Positions 1-12,157 of a stretch of DNA of 60,283 nt are shown piece by piece. Below the pieces are notes generated by a model, which was given only the letters and a program-made list of their open reading frames with translations, was not told the DNA's origin and searched no databases. This DNA is from an uncultured Nitrososphaeraceae archaeon (GTDB lineage: Archaea; Thermoproteota; Nitrososphaeria; Nitrososphaerales; Nitrososphaeraceae). Position numbers and translations under genes: made by a program. Numbering within the stretch: the first letter of the stretch is position 1; every line of letters starts with the position of its first letter. The stretch covers positions 1 to 60,283 of the forward strand of contig CAWGVG010000002.1 of assembly GCA_963825865.1 (NCBI GenBank). The letters are read 5' to 3'.

Positions 1-5
1 AGAGG

Positions 6-988
6 CTAGACATCAGACTTTATAGGCTCCTTAGACATATAGCTTTTCTTTATACTGTTAACTGTTAGATAGGATGAAACGAGCAATACAGCTATGCTTA
101 TTATAATAAATAATACTTGAAACGGTGCAAGCGCTGCTACTGCTGCTGAAGGTGCTGCTACTGCTCGCTGCCAGCTAAACTACTAGGTGCACCAGCAGCA
201 CTTATTATTGTGCCGGCTATTGTAAAAAAAAATGTACCAGCGCATGTCGGGCATGCAGTAAAAAGACCCGTTGCGGCTCCAATTCCGCTAAAACAACATG
301 AAGTATTTTTTGTATTTTTTTTAGATCTCTTGTTTTGAAATACATACAACGCAAGTGTCATGTTCACGCTAACCAGAGTAGACAGCACTACTGTAAGAAT
401 TAGGTTTATCGGAATTACAAACACAATTAGATTATCGGATATGTAAGCAGTAAATGTTGGAACAAGGCCAGGTAGATTGCAGCACGGGGTAATTATCCAA
501 GATGGAATGGTTACTTGATATATATGAGAAAATGATACGTATGGTCTGAAAATTATAATTTGAGAAATAAAAGCAAAAAGCAGCGCATATGCAATTAATA
601 CAGAAATGAAGACTAGCCGATACCTTTTTGCTTGTGAAATGATATCTACAACAATCGGTAATAACATTCCACTATTATATCCTTTTTTAACATCAATGGC
701 TGATTGAACTTTCATTTTCTCGGCTAAACATATTCGATACACACTATATCCTATTACAACCAAGGATCCAACCAAAAATAAAAGGACTGCTAATCCAAGG
801 GTGGACATCGACTGAACAGTCTTCGAAGAGATGATACCAATATGTAATGGAGATGTGATATAACCATAAAGCGCAAAAACCACTATAATCGCAAATGTAG
901 CAAAAAATGAAATTCTGATACCTCGATTTCTGATATCAACGTAATAGTCTTTCTGCTCCATATTTATAATCCATCTCTCTAAAACCAT
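6..988 (-). CDS. Cys-motif multi-pass membrane protein; one frameshift near 165
   Basis: ORF 158..988 has several TM segments plus PCC, SCC and TACPTCAG motifs. The shifted frame continues AVAAPSAAVAALAPFQVLFIIISIAVLLVSSYL...SDV to a TAG at 6-8. Confidence 0.7.
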
Positions 989-1331
989 ACTCCAAATATA
1001 TTGTTTCTATATATACCCTCTGCCATTTGATATTTTACATTGAATAATAAAGAATATGCTATACCAGAGGAGAAAGTACAACCAAAAAAGAAGAGAATTA
1101 TAAAAACGCTCATCTATAGGTTCAAAAATAGCGAAAATGACATCATCCTGCTTCTTACATAACTGCTACCTGTCCAGGAATGTATGTTGTAATGCGGTTC
1201 ATTCAGGTAATCGATAAATTTTCAAAGAATAGAAAAATAATAATAATAAAAATCAAATTGTGACATATAGTTCTAACCATTTAGCTGAATCTTGAATCTT
1301 TCAAAATTCCTTCTAGGACTCGAAAATAAGA

Positions 1332-1553
1332 CTATGTGTTACTATTATATAATTCATATATTGCGACATTTATTTTTTTAAGTAATTTCTTTTTCGCTTT
1401 GTTAGCTTTTTCATTAGTCCTATAATCCTTTACTTCTAACAAAGTTTGTAAGTGTTCTAACTCTGGTCTTGTCAAAACATTCAGGCCTTTTTTTGATGTA
1501 AGTTCGAGTAGCCTTCTTCTTTCTGTGTCATCATCATTCTTTGAATTTTGCAT
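1332..1553 (-). CDS. hypothetical small basic protein
   Basis: 73-aa ORF with a TATA-like TTTATC about 25 nt upstream. It is also in frame with an upstream Zn-finger segment (see findings). Confidence 0.55.
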   Translation of the reverse strand: MQNSKNDDDTERRRLLELTSKKGLNVLTRPELEHLQTLLEVKDYRTNEKANKAKKKLLKKINVAIYELYNSNT

Positions 1554-2471
1554 AGCATAGACAATAGATCTATCTTGATAAAGTATTTGTAATAGTCTTC
1601 CTTCTTCACTTTCTATACAATCATGACATATCCATCAGCCATTGATATAACGACCTGTCTTTAGTTTTCCCTGCTGTTCAATTTCAGTTTCCAATGAGTC
1701 GGTAATAGAAGAACCACATTTGGAACACTCAGGTAATAATTTGATCATGACATGGTGTTAGATGATATATAACTGTTCACTATTAATATATCAGTATTAG
1801 GATATTATACCAGTACATTAGCACTTTCCAAAAATGTTGACTAAACCAACAGGAAGAAAATCTTCAGGATGATCTCCACTATATATGCTCCTCTCTGCAG
1901 CTTCTGCATCAACAAAAACTGTATTGAAAGCTCTGGTGACGAAGACGCGAGATTACTTTCTCAGTCAACTATATCCATATCGATGTTAAGTTACTTGGAT
2001 TATGGTTTTAATAGAAGGAAAACGTATCTCTTCTTAAATATAAAACAATGAAGTCTAACTTCAAAGTATTAATCATTTGTGAAGTCTTGGTATTTTTGCT
2101 TCTCTTTTTTGACTTGAAAAGCAAGCTATTTCCATATAAACACAATAATATTGGAGCAAATATCACAAAAAATAACAATAATGTATCCCTAGCTACTATC
2201 AGCAATAACATCCTCAATATGATGAGCGTGATCAAACTTTATGGAAACATATTTACCAGTGAAGTAGGTTACAAGTGCCTTAACGTTGCATAGCTGTTTC
2301 AGGTATAATGTAAAGTAACAGAGTATGAAGCAGATGGGGATACCCGTTTGCGATTAAAACTAGATCCACAATTTACTAAGCTGATAAATTCAGCTAATAA
2401 TAAAAGATGAAAATGGTGACTCCATGCACTAATTTCTGATTAAAGTAGAATATGCTTGACTAAAAGAAAGC

Positions 2472-2908
2472 TTAAATTTTGACTTTGTTATCCAAGGCTA
2501 CATTTTCAGGAATAGGGGATGATACTATGCTATATGAATTCCCGTCTAGGTCTTTGAATTTAGACATTATGCCTCCCCATTCCTGCTTTTCAGGTTGACT
2601 GATATCAACTCCCTGATTCTTAAGTTCTTTGTATGTTGATTGCATATCGTCTGAATAAAACCATATGCCCGTTTCTGTTCCAATACCCTTCTTGTAGCTT
2701 CTACTACTCCTTCATTTGACATCATCTGGACATTTGGCAGCATAAGGCTAATCGTTGATTGAGAGTCTTTTGGCGCTACTTCAATCCATCTTATGCCGAC
2801 AAATGATATATCTGTTTTAATCTCAAATCCAAGTTTTTGACTATAAAATTCCACAGCTTTTTGTTGGTCTGAGACTATTACTACTATTCCACCCATCGTG
2901 CCAATCAT
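2472..2908 (-). CDS. VOC/glyoxalase family protein, frameshifted near 2695
   Basis: IVSDQQKAVEFYSQKLGF...RWIEV, and the alternate frame gives IGTETGIWF...QEWGGIMSKFKDLDGNSY to a TAA at 2472. Confidence 0.85.
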
Positions 2909-3403
2909 TTTCTAACCATTCTTTTAATCAACCAGTAGATTATAAGAAGGAATGCTATAGACCTTCATGAAGAAAGTATCCTCTTCCTGTCGCTGTGATA
3001 CTATGAACAGTTATTCTGGTGGCAAAATTGAGTCAATTTGTATCAATTCCCTCCGAATCTTTCGCATTTTTTGGCATGCTGTGCTCTGTTATGTGAGCGG
3101 TGATTGCTTTAAACAGCAGTTGTTCCTGTGCTATCACTCATATTACTGCTATAATGGGCTGGAATACTAAAAGGCAATCCAAGTATTTGGTTATTCATGA
3201 TAAGGACGTTAATAAAACTATAGTTGTTATTATGATCAGTGGATGTAAAAAGATAGTTCGCATATTGGTGATGGTTGCCGTCTTCGAAACCTTAATCAAA
3301 ACGGCGAGGATGGCAAAAATTTATGATTCCATTCCGTATATATACATGTAGAACTACTCTATTTTTATAGAGTAAATTATTATCTAATGCTGGTATTTAG
3401 TAG

Positions 3404-4699
3404 ATGACCTTACAACAGCTATTTACTCCTATGCAATTCTTTCAGGATGCTAATTCATCATCTTCACCTGCATTGTCCTCTGATTTCATAGTTCAAGACT
3501 TTGCAGTAATTATGATAGTCGCCGCAATAATGCTAGTTATTACCTACAAGTTAAAACAGCCGATGGCGGTTGGTTATATTTTAGCAGGTATGATCATAGG
3601 TCCTCACACGCCACCGTTTAGTCTGATACGGAATGTCAATACAGTAAATGTTTTTGCAGAATTAGGAATAATCATGCTTTTGTTTGTCATTGGCACTGAA
3701 TTCCCTATTGCTAAACTTAGATCTGTAGGTAGAATTTCAGTTGTTGTTGCTTTAGCGGAAACAATTGGAACTTTATTATTTTCATTCTTTGTAGCACAAG
3801 CATTAGGATTTTCTTCCTTTGATTCTATGTTTCTTGCATTAGCGATGTCTATTACAAGCACAGTAGTAACTGTTAGAGTTTTAGAAGAACTTGGTATGAT
3901 AAAGGATGAGTCTACCATTTTGCTCTTGGGTATCTCTGTTGTAGAAGATATTATAGCCATTACGACACTTGGCGTGTTTCAATCGATTGCTATTAATGGA
4001 AGTGGTGGAATATCTATTTTACATATTTCTATTTCAATAGGTATAGTAGCGGCATTTATAGGTAGCATACTAATCCTTGGTTCTAGGTTTATTCCAAATA
4101 TTATTGACAAAATCAGCAAAACAAATGATTACGCAATACTTTTGATTGTTATTCTTGGACTAGCATTTGGTTTATCCTTTGCAGCTAAAGGCCTTGGTCT
4201 ATCAGCTGCTACTGGAGCATTCCTGGCTGGAGTATTAGTAGCAGAGTCAAAAAATGGAGCAACAGCCCGTGTAATCACTATCCCGCTCAGGGATATGTTT
4301 GCTGCTTTGTTCTTTATATCGATAGGCGCATTGATGGAAGTATCTCTTATTCCTTTGTTTATCGTCCCTGCTTTGGTGCTTATTTTAGGCTCGTTTGCTT
4401 CAAAGTTCTTGATAATAACCCTCATCGTGATCAGATCATCAAAATACAACAGCGTAACGGCGTTAAGAACAGGATTTGGAATGGCATCGGCCAGAGGAGA
4501 GCTATCCTTAATTGTAGCTAAAGGAGGTCAGGACGTAGGTGCTATCTCATCAGCGGTCTTCCCAATAATAGGCGTAGTAACTATTGTAACAATTTTTATG
4601 ACTCCTTATATACTTAAGTTTGGAAGGCAACTTACAACTTCATTATCATCATTTGCATCTAATAATGAAAATGATAAGCCAGAAGAAGAAAAGGAATAA
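3404..4699 (+). CDS. cation:proton antiporter, CPA2 family
   Basis: 431 aa, about 12 TM segments, motifs GYILAGMIIGP, AELGIIMLLFVIGTE, VVEDI, GAFLAG, RGELSL. Confidence 0.92.
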   Translation: MTLQQLFTPMQFFQDANSSSSPALSSDFIVQDFAVIMIVAAIMLVITYKLKQPMAVGYILAGMIIGPHTPPFSLIRNVNTVNVFAELGIIMLLFVIGTEFPIAKLRSVGRISVVVALAETIGTLLFSFFVAQALGFSSFDSMFLALAMSITSTVVTVRVLEELGMIKDESTILLLGISVVEDIIAITTLGVFQSIAINGSGGISILHISISIGIVAAFIGSILILGSRFIPNIIDKISKTNDYAILLIVILGLAFGLSFAAKGLGLSAATGAFLAGVLVAESKNGATARVITIPLRDMFAALFFISIGALMEVSLIPLFIVPALVLILGSFASKFLIITLIVIRSSKYNSVTALRTGFGMASARGELSLIVAKGGQDVGAISSAVFPIIGVVTIVTIFMTPYILKFGRQLTTSLSSFASNNENDKPEEEKE

Positions 4700-5281
4700 A
4701 AGGACAATGAAAACCCACGACAACTATGGTTCTGTTTTAACGCTGACATAGGGATTACTATATCATGTCATCCCCAAACACCGTACATCTATATTTATAT
4801 ACACTGGAGGAATGAGTGTTTACATTTATGCATTGATCAAACTCATGTAAACCACTAAATTTAAAGGAAGTAAAGGATAGTATTTGATTTGCAAATTTTT
4901 TCGAAAGACAGATGACTGTACTTATTTGGTACAAATGTGTTGAATAGCAAAAATGACAAGGTGGAAGGTATTTAATGAAAATATCATTGGCATATCAAGC
5001 TTAACAAGTAATAACAACAACAATAATAACTATCCTTTTCCTAAACTTTAACTCTCCTTAAACTGTACCATAATCCTCGTCAGTTAAGCCTTATCCAATA
5101 AGCCCTCTGTTTAAATGACTGAATCTCTTCTTGCTTTATATCAACAAAATTATCACGTTGATTGGAATGAAGTTAAAAGATTGAGCTCCAATGTGAGATG
5201 ATTAAGTTCCTTTTACTAACAGCACATACATACACTAAGTTGAAATACCTGTGAATATACAATGAAGACATCCGTAATAGA

Positions 5282-5755
5282 ATGCTTCCAAGTATAATAT
5301 CAAAGGTAGCTTCTGTGAAAATCAGTCGAAAGGAAGGAACAGTCAGAACATCAGGTAATGATGACGGCGATGACAGCGATGGCAATCAACCTAGCGACCA
5401 TGACCATAGTGACGATGATAACAATAAAGAAGGAATTCACAACAAATGTGAGAGTTTAGATGAGGGAACATTTGCATTTATGCATTGGATGAGCTCAGCG
5501 GACAAGAAATCCTTAACTTCTGACAATCCCATAGTTTTAGTGAAGTTTGTCAATGACAAACATACAATACTATATGATACAGATATACAATCTGAAATAT
5601 ATATAGAGATAGACAATGGTGTTCCTTACTGTAAGCATTGCAAAGCAGACGATTGCTCTCATGTGGGCTTTGCTATATGCATTGAGCAATTTTATGGGAA
5701 TAGACGTGGAAGTGGAAGAGAAGAAACAGTAGAAGATATCATACTTGACAATTAA
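5282..5755 (+). CDS. hypothetical protein with C-terminal CxxC-x4-CxH (SWIM-like) Zn motif
   Basis: YCKHCKADDCSHVGFA, acidic low-complexity linker. Confidence 0.6.
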   Translation: MLPSIISKVASVKISRKEGTVRTSGNDDGDDSDGNQPSDHDHSDDDNNKEGIHNKCESLDEGTFAFMHWMSSADKKSLTSDNPIVLVKFVNDKHTILYDTDIQSEIYIEIDNGVPYCKHCKADDCSHVGFAICIEQFYGNRRGSGREETVEDIILDN

Positions 5756-6099
5756 TATGCCACGATGTTTCTGATATTTAGAAACGCAGCCAACAAGATT
5801 TCAAGGAGGTTTGGTCCTTGCATATAGAGGGTTAGCTACCATCAATAATTCCAATTTTTATATTGTTATTGTGTCTTAGGAATGCAAATTACCTTGTCAT
5901 TTTTGAATATGTGGTTATATCGTTACTGAATCTCCAGAGAACTTGACAAATTGAGTATACCACAAATAGTATTTAACCAGCGCGAATTTGCCAATTCGAG
6001 AATAGGTTTCAAAATATCAAATGATCATAAAATGCAAGTTCCAATTAAAAGAGAGCATATCGCCTTGAAGATATTTGAGGTGTCCATATTAGATTAATG

Positions 6100-6405
6100 T
6101 TACTTACCAAAGAATACCTTAACATCTGGCCTATAAAGATAATAAATAATTATTGCATTTATGATAACAGGCAATATAGATACTACATTACCAGTTACAA
6201 TTGAAGCAAGACCTAAAGCAATTCCAATAAATGATAATACTAAAGTTATAGTCCAAGCCCATCCTTTTCCTTTCCATAAACCATACGCCATGACCAAAAA
6301 TGCAATACCCAATGGTATGAGTATTATACTAACAAGAAATCCTATACCACTAATTATTGTGAGCAACGCTATTATAGTTACTCCTAAAGGTCTAGATGTT
6401 TGCAT
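6100..6405 (-). CDS. small 4-TM membrane protein
   Basis: RPLGVTIIA start, YGLWKGKGWAW, ends IIIYYLYRPDVKVFF, a common archaeal small membrane family pattern. Confidence 0.8.
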   Translation of the reverse strand: MQTSRPLGVTIIALLTIISGIGFLVSIILIPLGIAFLVMAYGLWKGKGWAWTITLVLSFIGIALGLASIVTGNVVSILPVIINAIIIYYLYRPDVKVFFGK

Positions 6406-7098
6406 ACTGTTTTATTATCAATGAACGATACTTATTAATTTTATAACAAAAGAATCTGATATTTTGTTATATCTCATCTTTTTTCTTTCCCATTTCTTTT
6501 ATAAACGACTTAATTGGTTCCCACAATCCCTTCTCCGCTGGATCAGGGTCATTATTACCATTTCGTTTTCACAAATAGGAAAACAAAATATTTCTATAGA
6601 GGAAAACTAATTACCTCATCCCTCCACGAATTTCTTTTGTATTTGTGCTAGCCGTCTAATATAACCATCGTTTGATTGATCACCTGCAGTTGGACCTAGT
6701 TCCTGATAATATTTCTTTATATCTTCTGACCACTTTACGTTTCTTATCGCCTAATAATCCTCAACCAAACGGTAAAGTATGAAGTTTGCTTATTTATTGT
6801 GTATTGAAATTGCAATAAATTTATTTTACACTGGACAAAGTCTATGGTCTATGTTGCTGGTGTTATGTTGCTTGTAATAAACCTCAAAATCTAAGTCTGC
6901 GATATACTGTGGGAACTACTTTTACTAAATATAATTAATTATTCCATTTCCATATGTCGACTTGCCTGATTCTATACATAATGAAGAAAACGACCACTGT
7001 GAATAAGACAGTTTCTTCATATGGCACCAAAGTGAGATGAGTCATGAGATCAATTCATTTATTTATTTGCTAACCTTCATAACAATGTATAAGACTAT

Positions 7099-8028
7099 TT
7101 GATGATTTATAGCATCATGCAAAACAATAATAATCTACAGGATAATCGACTTGTGGAAAAATTTTGTGAACTATATTCAGCGTCAGAATCAAAAACACCA
7201 TCACCATCACCACCATCCTCCAAATCATCAAGGAAACAGAAAGATCACTTACTCATTTGTTACGCTGTTGCAGGGTATCCAGATATCAAAACTACAAAAG
7301 AAATTATATCGACTATGATACAGGCAGGTGCTGACATAATTGAAATAGGAATTCCATTTTCTGATCCCATTGCAGATGGTCCTATAATTCAAGAAGCTTC
7401 TTTTGTTTCCTTAATTAATGGAATAACACCGGACAAGAGTTTAGAAATTGCTAAAGACATTAGAAAGGAATTTCCAAAAACGCCTATAGTTTTGATGACA
7501 TATTCAAATATTCTCATTAAAGCAGGATTAAGTAAATTTATAAAAAAAGCAAAACAATGTGGAGTTGATGGTTTTATACTTCCGGATATGTCAATTGAAG
7601 AATCTGATAAATATGTTAAAGAAGCATCACAATTAAACCTTGCAACAATATTTCTAGTATCACCTAACACAAATGAAGAAAGATTGCGCTCTATCGCCTC
7701 TAAATCCCGTGGATTTCTTTATTTAATTTCAACATATGGAACAACAGGTATTCGTAATTCATTTGATCTCTCTTCGGCAAGATACATTAAAAACACCAAG
7801 AGAATTGTAGGTTCCTTACTTCCCATAGCAGTAGGGTTTGGCATTAGTAAGCCAGAACATGCTAAATTCATGATTAAAGCTGGTGCAGATGCAATAATAG
7901 TCGCCAGTGCAATCATAAATATGACGAAGATTTATGCATCTGACAGAAAGAATGCAAAAAAGAAGAAAGAAATGCTCAAGGATATAAGTAATTTTGTATT
8001 AACCATGAAAAACGCGTGTAGAACATAA
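7099..8028 (+). CDS. trpA: tryptophan synthase alpha subunit
   Basis: IIEIGIPFSDPIADGPIIQ (catalytic Glu and Asp), LMTYSN, GFILPD, GTTG, AVGFGIS. True start probably at the MQNNN ATG. Confidence 0.95.
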   Translation: MMIYSIMQNNNNLQDNRLVEKFCELYSASESKTPSPSPPSSKSSRKQKDHLLICYAVAGYPDIKTTKEIISTMIQAGADIIEIGIPFSDPIADGPIIQEASFVSLINGITPDKSLEIAKDIRKEFPKTPIVLMTYSNILIKAGLSKFIKKAKQCGVDGFILPDMSIEESDKYVKEASQLNLATIFLVSPNTNEERLRSIASKSRGFLYLISTYGTTGIRNSFDLSSARYIKNTKRIVGSLLPIAVGFGISKPEHAKFMIKAGADAIIVASAIINMTKIYASDRKNAKKKKEMLKDISNFVLTMKNACRT

Positions 8029-8353
8029 ATATAAAACGTTCGAATATCAAACATAATCTGTAAATTCTTACTATCCATGTGCCTTTAATGCGAGATGAAC
8101 AAAGCACTCAAATTAAGAATATTTATGAGCAATTTGTAATAAAATCTCAATCCGTCTAATTTCATTTGTCTTCAACTTTCATAAAATAATTGCTGTTAAC
8201 AAATAATAATATTTGAACCATCAGTTATTATTGTTGCGAGACAAATTCAATTTTTATCTACAGCGTCAACAACTAACTTCTTGCTTCCTTCTAGTTTCTT
8301 GATAGCATCAAGAAATTCATGTTTAAAGAGCAAAAGTTCCTATTAGTATTTAT

Positions 8354-8862
8354 CTATTTTGTCACCAAATTTTGCTTCATCATTTTATAGAATTCGTCAT
8401 CGGACATGCTTTTCTTTCCTTCTATCCGCATTTCTACATCCTTTCCAGCTAAATACCTAAGACTAGGATTTTCACTTCTAATATCCTTGAGCACTACTTT
8501 TTGCTACAAGGTCAGCAGAAGAAGCATTCTCTAACATTTGTTCAAATCTCGTAGCCATATTTTGCATTATTTGAAAATATGGCGAATTTGGATTTTGCGA
8601 CTTCTTTGCAATAACCATGCCGCTAGCAAAGTTTGTTTTAATAACTCCTGGTTCTACCAAAATAACTTTTATTCCAAATGGCTCTAACTCATACGCCATA
8701 GATTCACTTAAACCTTCAAGTGCAAATTTTGTGCTAACATAAGCAGATCCTCCTGGATAACCAAACCTTCCTGCTCCAGAACTGATATTTACAATTATTC
8801 CTGATTTTTGGCGACGCATGATTGGAAGAACTCCGTGGGTAGTTCTTATTACTCCAAATACG
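8354..8862 (-). pseudogene. SDR oxidoreductase, 5'-truncated
   Basis: IVNISS, YVSTK (YxxxK), VEPGVIKT. Rossmann N-terminus absent upstream of about 8862. Poly-A frameshift near 8500. Confidence 0.85.
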
Positions 8863-9281
8863 CGTCTAATATTGAATTAGAGCTCGTAAACAATCTGGAT
8901 ATTGTGTGCAAAAAATTACATACAGAAGGATGAAATATAAGAACTTGTGTCATAAAAGGATGAAATTTCCTAATCTTCATGGCTTTCACTATGGCGATAT
9001 GCATTACTGATTTCATCTATTACTCTTATTATTTCCGAGTGATCCCAACTATTGTTGTATATAAAGAATGGCGGATGGCTTTTGCTTTTGACTCTACAAA
9101 CCCCAAAATAATTTATGCTGGAAGTGATGGCGTAATATATAAATCACTTTTTTGTAAAGAAGGTTGTTGGGTTAATAAGTCAATAGATTATTAATAGCAT
9201 TATTATTTATGAAGCACGCTCATAACTTCCATTCGCAGCAGAAGTCTAAGTTGTGATTGGTCGATCAATCATAGTTTATAT

Positions 9282-9653
9282 TTGCTTTCATCATCGTTAA
9301 TATTAACAACAATAATTATGATAATGGAAGCAAGGTGTGGTCATGTAGAAGAAAAATTATATGCAGATGCACACCATGGGCTATGTAGAAAATGCCATTC
9401 CAATTTTGCATTTCTGTTAGAGTTAGAACAAAAGTATGGTGAAGATGCACTAATAGAGTTCTGGTACGCCAAAGTACTCACTTATTCATCATCAGAAAGA
9501 AAAACAGTAGATCTAGATTGCTTTATAGATTATTTAGTTGAATTATATCGACAGAATTTAATCAAGTTTCCGTCAAAGGAGAAATATATTAGGAAAATGC
9601 TATATATGTTGCATTCACTTAAAGAACCATTTGATATAGAAACATTAAGATGA
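9282..9653 (+). CDS. hypothetical protein with Cys/His (CGH...CRKCH) motif
   Basis: ARCGHVEE...HGLCRKCHSNF. Start probably at one of the internal Met codons. Confidence 0.6.
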   Translation: MLSSSLILTTIIMIMEARCGHVEEKLYADAHHGLCRKCHSNFAFLLELEQKYGEDALIEFWYAKVLTYSSSERKTVDLDCFIDYLVELYRQNLIKFPSKEKYIRKMLYMLHSLKEPFDIETLR

Positions 9654-9985
9654 AGATGATTAATTATATGAAGCAGGCAGTAGTGTATTCTTGTCTTTCA
9701 ATAAGGATAACATCTTCTCCTAATTCTTCATTTGGCTGACAAATCTATCTCGTTCCAAACTTAATCGATAAATAGTTCAGATCACCTAAATTCCACTTCT
9801 ATTGTTCGTCTTCTATCAGTTAGGCAAATATTTAACCACCTGAGCCAAGCAATTTCCTTTCATTGTATTTGTTATTACTCATCAAAGTAACATAGTTTGA
9901 AAAGCCGTCGTTATAAATTAGATACTATTTTGACATATACAGACGAGCATTATTTAGTGCTAATTCACAATTTTATAAAAACTCC

Positions 9986-10390
9986 TCATTCTTTTTCTAT
10001 AAATGGCATAACTTTATTTTCAATAACATCAATGACTTCAGATTTCAAATCAAATGAAAGCAAGAGATAATAAAATTTGTTTTCTTCTTCTGTTCCTTCT
10101 CCACTAAACCTTATTGGGACAGTTACACGAATAAGCCTCTCATATTTACCTATTGAATATTCTAGTCTACCTATTTTTGATTCAAAATCTTCCCGTGTAG
10201 CAGCACGAAGAACAGCCTGTATGGCATAATATGAAGTCTCTTCCTTTGTCATTAAAGGCATTAAGTTTTGTCTATATTCTGTAGAAATTATACTACCAAG
10301 ATTATTGACTACGGCTACAAACCTAATAGAACTATCTAACTGCAGTATTTTTTCGCAAATAACAGTTAGATCCTGTTCAGTTAATGTCAT
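9986..10390 (-). CDS. DUF6659-like (roadblock-type) protein
   Basis: ILQLDSSIRFVAVVNNLG...YRQNLMPLMT...IGRLEYSIGKYERL, the pattern of the thaumarchaeal expanded family. Confidence 0.75.
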   Translation of the reverse strand: MTLTEQDLTVICEKILQLDSSIRFVAVVNNLGSIISTEYRQNLMPLMTKEETSYYAIQAVLRAATREDFESKIGRLEYSIGKYERLIRVTVPIRFSGEGTEEENKFYYLLLSFDLKSEVIDVIENKVMPFIEKE

Positions 10391-10629
10391 AGCAATACTA
10401 TAAGCGTTGTTTCATATAACGTTAATATTTCTCCTTCAAACATATGAATGACCGCATTAAAATTTTAAGATACTAGTAAAATAAACTTTTTGCTATATCA
10501 TATAGAACAGGAAAGCTAATCTTTTGCATAAAAGATTGTATAAGCCCTTAAAATAATCCCTAGATATTAAAAATCATTGAGCACCAAACATTAATCTCAG
10601 AGGTCCTGCAAAGTTACGTATGATAAAAA

Positions 10630-11774
10630 TTGTCTGGAACATATGAAGTATTAAATGGATATGCAACTGATAGTGGAACGAAAAGATATATGGAATATGC
10701 AGTTCAAAGAGGAAAGCCTTCTATTCACTTTCGTCTTTTTGATGGACTATACTTATCAAGTATTGGCATGGGCACATATCTGGGCGACCTCAGCACAGAA
10801 AATGATAAGGCTATGGAAAATGCAGTCTATGAGTCAATCAAATCTGGTGCTGTAAATGTCATAGATACAGCTATTAATTATCGTGCTATGAAGTCAGAGA
10901 AAAGCATAGGTAGAGCATTGTTACGTTTGAGAGAAGATGACATTATATCAAGGGACGAAGTTTTTATTTGTACGAAGAATGGCTACATTACAAACGATGG
11001 CGACTATCCAAGCATAGACGTAATGGAATACATGCAAAGAATGTTCATATCGACTGGGCTAATAAGGGCTGATGACATAAGCTCTGGCTATAATGTTTTG
11101 AGTCCTAACTATATTGAAAGATGTATCGACAAATCATTAACTAATATGCATCTGAATACTATAGACTTAGTATACATTCACAATGCATTCGAAAGTTGGC
11201 ATGAGGACATCAAGAGAGAGGAATTTATGCAAATGCTTAGCAGAGTCTTTGAAGCATATGAAAGATACAGGTCAAATAACAAGATCCGCTATTATGGAAT
11301 GGCAACATGGACCTGTTTTAGATACCGCCAGATAATAAAGAATATTTATCTTTAGAAGAAGTTGTTGATTTAGCTGAAAAGGTGGGGGGCAAGCAACATG
11401 GATTTAGATTTATTCAACTCCCATATAACTTAGCTTATAGCGAAGCGTTATTACTCAAAGGTCAAAATGTAGGCACTGAAAAAAAATTGACAATACTGGA
11501 GGCTGCTGAGAGGTTAAAGATAAAACTGTTTACTAGCATTCCATTATTCCAGGGCAGATTGCTTAAAGCCCAAATTCCTGATTATATGGGCTTAACTGAT
11601 CAAGTAGCGAAACTGGTTCAGGTAATACGTTCTAGTCCTTCAGTTATCGCACCGCTTATAGGTTACAAGAAGCCACAACATGTTGAACAAAACCTAAAGA
11701 TTGCAAATATCCCGCCACTAAATGATGAAGAGTTTAAAGAAGTAATTCATTCCTTATTAAAAGGAAATTCATAG
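10630..11774 (+). CDS. aldo/keto reductase, frameshift near 11322
   Basis: SSIGMGTY, IDTAINY, ICTKNG, IDLVYIHN, then FIQLPYN...PLIG in the next frame. Confidence 0.9.
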
Positions 11775-12157
11775 TCCAGTCTTGTCCCAATTGCCTTTTT
11801 ATATTATGCATCATTTTCTAGGCTCTATTTCATAGCAGCTAAAGAATTTGAGAAGTTTGGATCCGTTCCTTCTTGGAAGTTGGGAATTATCTTTATTGCT
11901 GCTGTAGATATACTTAATGGAGCTTGATATAGCAGGCAATATTATACTAAAATAAAATCATTTAAATTTGTTAATGTGATTTTTTAGCACCTTTAAGCAA
12001 CCGAATTGTATAAGTCGATCTTGAGTTTAGACCTTGTATTTCTGCATCTCTTCTTAGAGAAGATCTAATATGCCATTGAATTATAGGTTAAGTTGACATG
12101 CAGAACTACCGATAAAATGTATTATGTCCAAATGCTCTTGGAGAATATCTGTACTAA

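Noticed and set aside
1635-1637. Selenocysteine recoding of the in-frame TGA
   Set aside because: The TGA is not at a Cys position of either knuckle, TGA is an ordinary stop elsewhere in the window, and Sec is not known in this lineage.
3604-4449. Antisense ORFs (also 6161, 7389, 15399, 18138, 24135, 35442, 38175, 52939, 57071, 58325 and others)
   Set aside because: They are shadows of well-supported genes on the opposite strand.
10630-11774. Widespread programmed frameshifting or genome-wide pseudogenisation
   Set aside because: Single-base breaks sit at homopolymers or candidate methylation motifs, so sequencing error is the simpler explanation. Only genes with large deletions or IS insertion were called pseudogenes.
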